Translations under genes and position numbers: made by a program
Shown: positions 61,408-64,000 of the stretch, piece after piece
Layout: every line of letters starts with the position of its first letter
Numbering within the stretch: position 1 is the stretch's first letter
The notes under the pieces: generated by a model
The model's database searches: none
Seen by the model: only the letters and a program-made list of their open reading frames with translations
Told to the model about the DNA's origin: nothing
NCBI GenBank assembly: GCA_964016885.1
Contig: OZ024757.1
Span: forward strand, 25,668,001-25,732,000
From: Eledone cirrhosa
Lineage: Eukaryota
DNA: 64,000 nucleotides
Reading direction: 5' to 3'

Positions 61408-61912
61408 CCCTCCTTCAAAAACGAAGGAGAGGCGGTTTTCCTTTGTGTGATAGCTATGGCGAAAGAGGTCGTATGGTGGACAAGGTTGAAAGGGCTGAGG
61501 TCAGACATCTTTCTCTCCGGCCAACAACTGATTCTTTTTTTCAAATACCACTTTGGAAGAAGAATCAGGATGGAGAGAGAGGTGCTGTACTCCAGCAAGT
61601 TTTATGAAAGGTGGGTGAAAGTGGCGAGAATGGCCCGAGTGAATGGGCCTTCTCTCTATATCAGCCTGTAGGTTGAGGAAAAGGAGGAGGAGAGGAAAGG
61701 AGTACAAGCTCTTCGTACTCCTGGAGATGAGGGTTGCACATTTTTTTTCGGGGGTATGTGTTACCCATATAAACTGTCTCCCTCTATTGGGGAAAATCGA
61801 CTAACTTTTTAAATTCCATTTGTGATAACATTTTACACGTTTTTATTGTATGTAAACTTCCCCCTTTGTATTTGTCCCCTTCTTTTGTGCCCCTGTGGCT
61901 AATAAAGAAATA
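61408..61912 (+). mobile_element. Second, shorter Tx1-like LINE copy with 28-bp TSD
   Basis: PSFKNEGEAVFLCVIAMAKEVVWWTRLKGL. tatctatctgttatctatctatcatcta occurs at 61380-61407 and 61913-61940. Confidence 0.85.
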
Positions 61913-62092
61913 TATCTATCTGTTATCTATCTATCATCTATCTATCCATCTATTTGTCTACCTATTTATCTATCTATTGGCAGAGTCGTTAGAACGTCAC
62001 ATACAATGCTTTGTGGTATTCCGCCTGGCTCTCTGCTCTCTGAGTTCAAATCCCACCGAGGTCAACTTTGCTTTTCTTCCTTTTGAAGTCGA

Positions 62093-62830
62093 TAAAAAAA
62101 GTACCAGTCTAGTACTGGGGTCGATTCTTCCTCTATATGTCTTCCTCATTCCCCACTCTCACTCACTTTCTATCCTTCCCTGAAAGAAATCTATGGTGTT
62201 CAGACCTGGAGAGGAGATGGGTTTTACCAGGATCTAAAAATACCCTAGAAATGCTCTATGTCAATATGGCGCCCCTTTTTTCACTACCTCGGGAGTTACA
62301 AGACCATGCATACATATAAAAAAAGTACCAGTCTAGTACTGGGGTCGATTCTTCCTCTATATGTCTTCCTCATTCCCCACTCTCACTCACTTTCTATCCT
62401 TCCCTGAAAGAAATCTATGGTGTTCAGACCTGGAGAAGAGATGGGTTTTACCAGGATCTAAAAATACCCTAGAAATGCTCTATGTCAATATGGCGCCCCT
62501 TTTTTCACTACCTCGGGAGTTACAAGACCATGCATACATATAAAAAAAGTACCAGTCTAGTACTGGGGTCGATTCTTCCTCTATATGTCTTCCTCATTCC
62601 CCACTCTCACTCACTTTCTATCCTTCCCTGAAAGAAATCTATGGTGTTCAGACCTGGAGAGGAGATGGGTTTTACCAGGATCTAAAAATACCCTAGAAAT
62701 GCTCTATGTCAATATGGCGCCCCTTTTTTCACTACCTCGGGAGTTACAAGACCATGCATACATATAAAGAAATACCAGTCTAGTACTGGGGTCGATACTT
62801 CCTCTATATCTCTTCCTCATTCCTCCTCCC
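62093..62830. repeat. 224-bp tandem repeat (3 copies plus part), starting in a SINE tail
   Basis: ORF track repeats at 62137, 62361 and 62585. A diverged relative lies at ~58100-58298. Confidence 0.9.
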
Positions 62831-63203
62831 TCTCACACACTTTTTGTCCTTCTCTGGAAGAAATCTGTGTTTATAAATATATAGGTAGGTAGGGGAAAGG
62901 GAAGGGACCAAGCAACGAAAGGGGAGAGGGAAGTGACAGGCACTACACCTCAGTCTGGAATTATCACATGATACATAGGACAGGTGCAATGTGTCCGTAC
63001 ACGGAAGAGCCGAACTCCCACCGTCATCTCCCCCCCCACCACCACCACCACATCTCTCCGTATGGTGAGTAAATGGGGTCCACACGTGCTGGCCGCGCCA
63101 CAGCCCCGGCGGACAGAATGGAGAAGGTGTTTCCACGGAGGATGGTAAGGGGGAGATGCGCTGGAAGAGCCATTCCAACTCGCGAGGCTCACACCTGCGG
63201 CTG

Positions 63204-64000
63204 GCCAGATCAGCGCCTATAGTGGTGAGTAGAGAGGTAGCCCTTGGGTCAAGGACACCAGAAGTCTCTACTGCTAAGAGTAGCCAGATCAGCGCCTATG
63301 GTGGTAAGTAGGGAGGTAGCCCTAGGGCCAAGGACACCAGAAGTCTCTACTGCTAGGAGTAGCCAGATCAGCGCCTATGGTGGTAAGTAGAGAGGTAGCC
63401 CTAGGGCCAAGGACACCAGAAGTCTCTACTGCTAGGAGTAGCCAGCTCAGCGCCTATGGTGGTAAGTAGAGAGGTAGCCCTTGGGCCAAGGACACCAGAA
63501 GTCTCTACTGCTAGGAGTAGCCAGCTCAGCGCTTATGGTGGTAAGTAGAGAGGTAGCCCTTGGGTCAAGGACACCAGAAGTCTCTACTGCTAGGAGTAGC
63601 CAGATCAGCGCCTATGGGGGTAAGTAGAGAGGTAGCCCTTGGGCCAAGGACACCAGAAGTCTCTACTGCTAGGAGTAGCCAGATCAGCGCCTATGGTGGT
63701 AAGTAGAGAGGTAGCCCTTGGGTCAAGGACACCAGAAGTCTCTACTGCTAGGAGTAGCCAGATCAGCGCCTATGGTGGTAAGTAGAGAGGTAGCCCTTGG
63801 GCCAAGGACACCAGAAGTCTCTACTGCTAGGAGTAGCCAGATCAGCGCCTATGGTGGTAAGTAGAGAGGTAGCCCTTGGGTCAAGGACACCAGAAGTCTC
63901 TACTGCTAGGAGTAGCCAGCTCAGCGCCTATGGTGTTGAGTAGGGAGGTAGCCCTAGGGCCAAGGACACCAGAAGTCTCTACTGCTAGGAGTAGCCAGCT
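63204..64000. repeat. 79-bp minisatellite (about 10 copies, runs off the window)
   Basis: gccagatcagcgcctat at 63204, 63283 and onward. Confidence 0.95.

Noticed and set aside
62940-63203. GC-rich unique segment as a possible exon (also 38460-38635)
   Set aside because: No recognisable protein motif in any frame. It cannot be supported without transcript data.

Overview
Eukaryotic, extremely microsatellite-rich DNA with a 200-N gap at 8254-8453. The SINE types and repeat landscape suggest a cephalopod such as Octopus (inference). I recognise no intact host gene, and almost all listed ORFs are translations of simple repeats. The non-simple sequence is mobile DNA: a Penelope-like (GIY-YIG) 3' fragment forming a ~2-kb palindrome, a decayed mariner, Tx1/L1 and RTE LINE fragments, tRNA-derived SINEs, and hAT, piggyBac and Tc1-type MITEs. 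The main signal is at least seven sequence families of minimal type-I hammerhead ribozyme (HHR) motifs, nearly all next to or within (TA)n tracts. Many occur as head-to-head fold-back palindromes whose shorter arm stops at an internal TA microhomology. The clearest case is a 6.5-kb array of near-identical, highly structured 311-bp monomers (about 3 inverted plus exactly 18 forward), each with an intact-looking HHR. It looks like a retrozyme/circular RNA captured by rolling reverse transcription. All structures were read by eye, with no folding software or database search.
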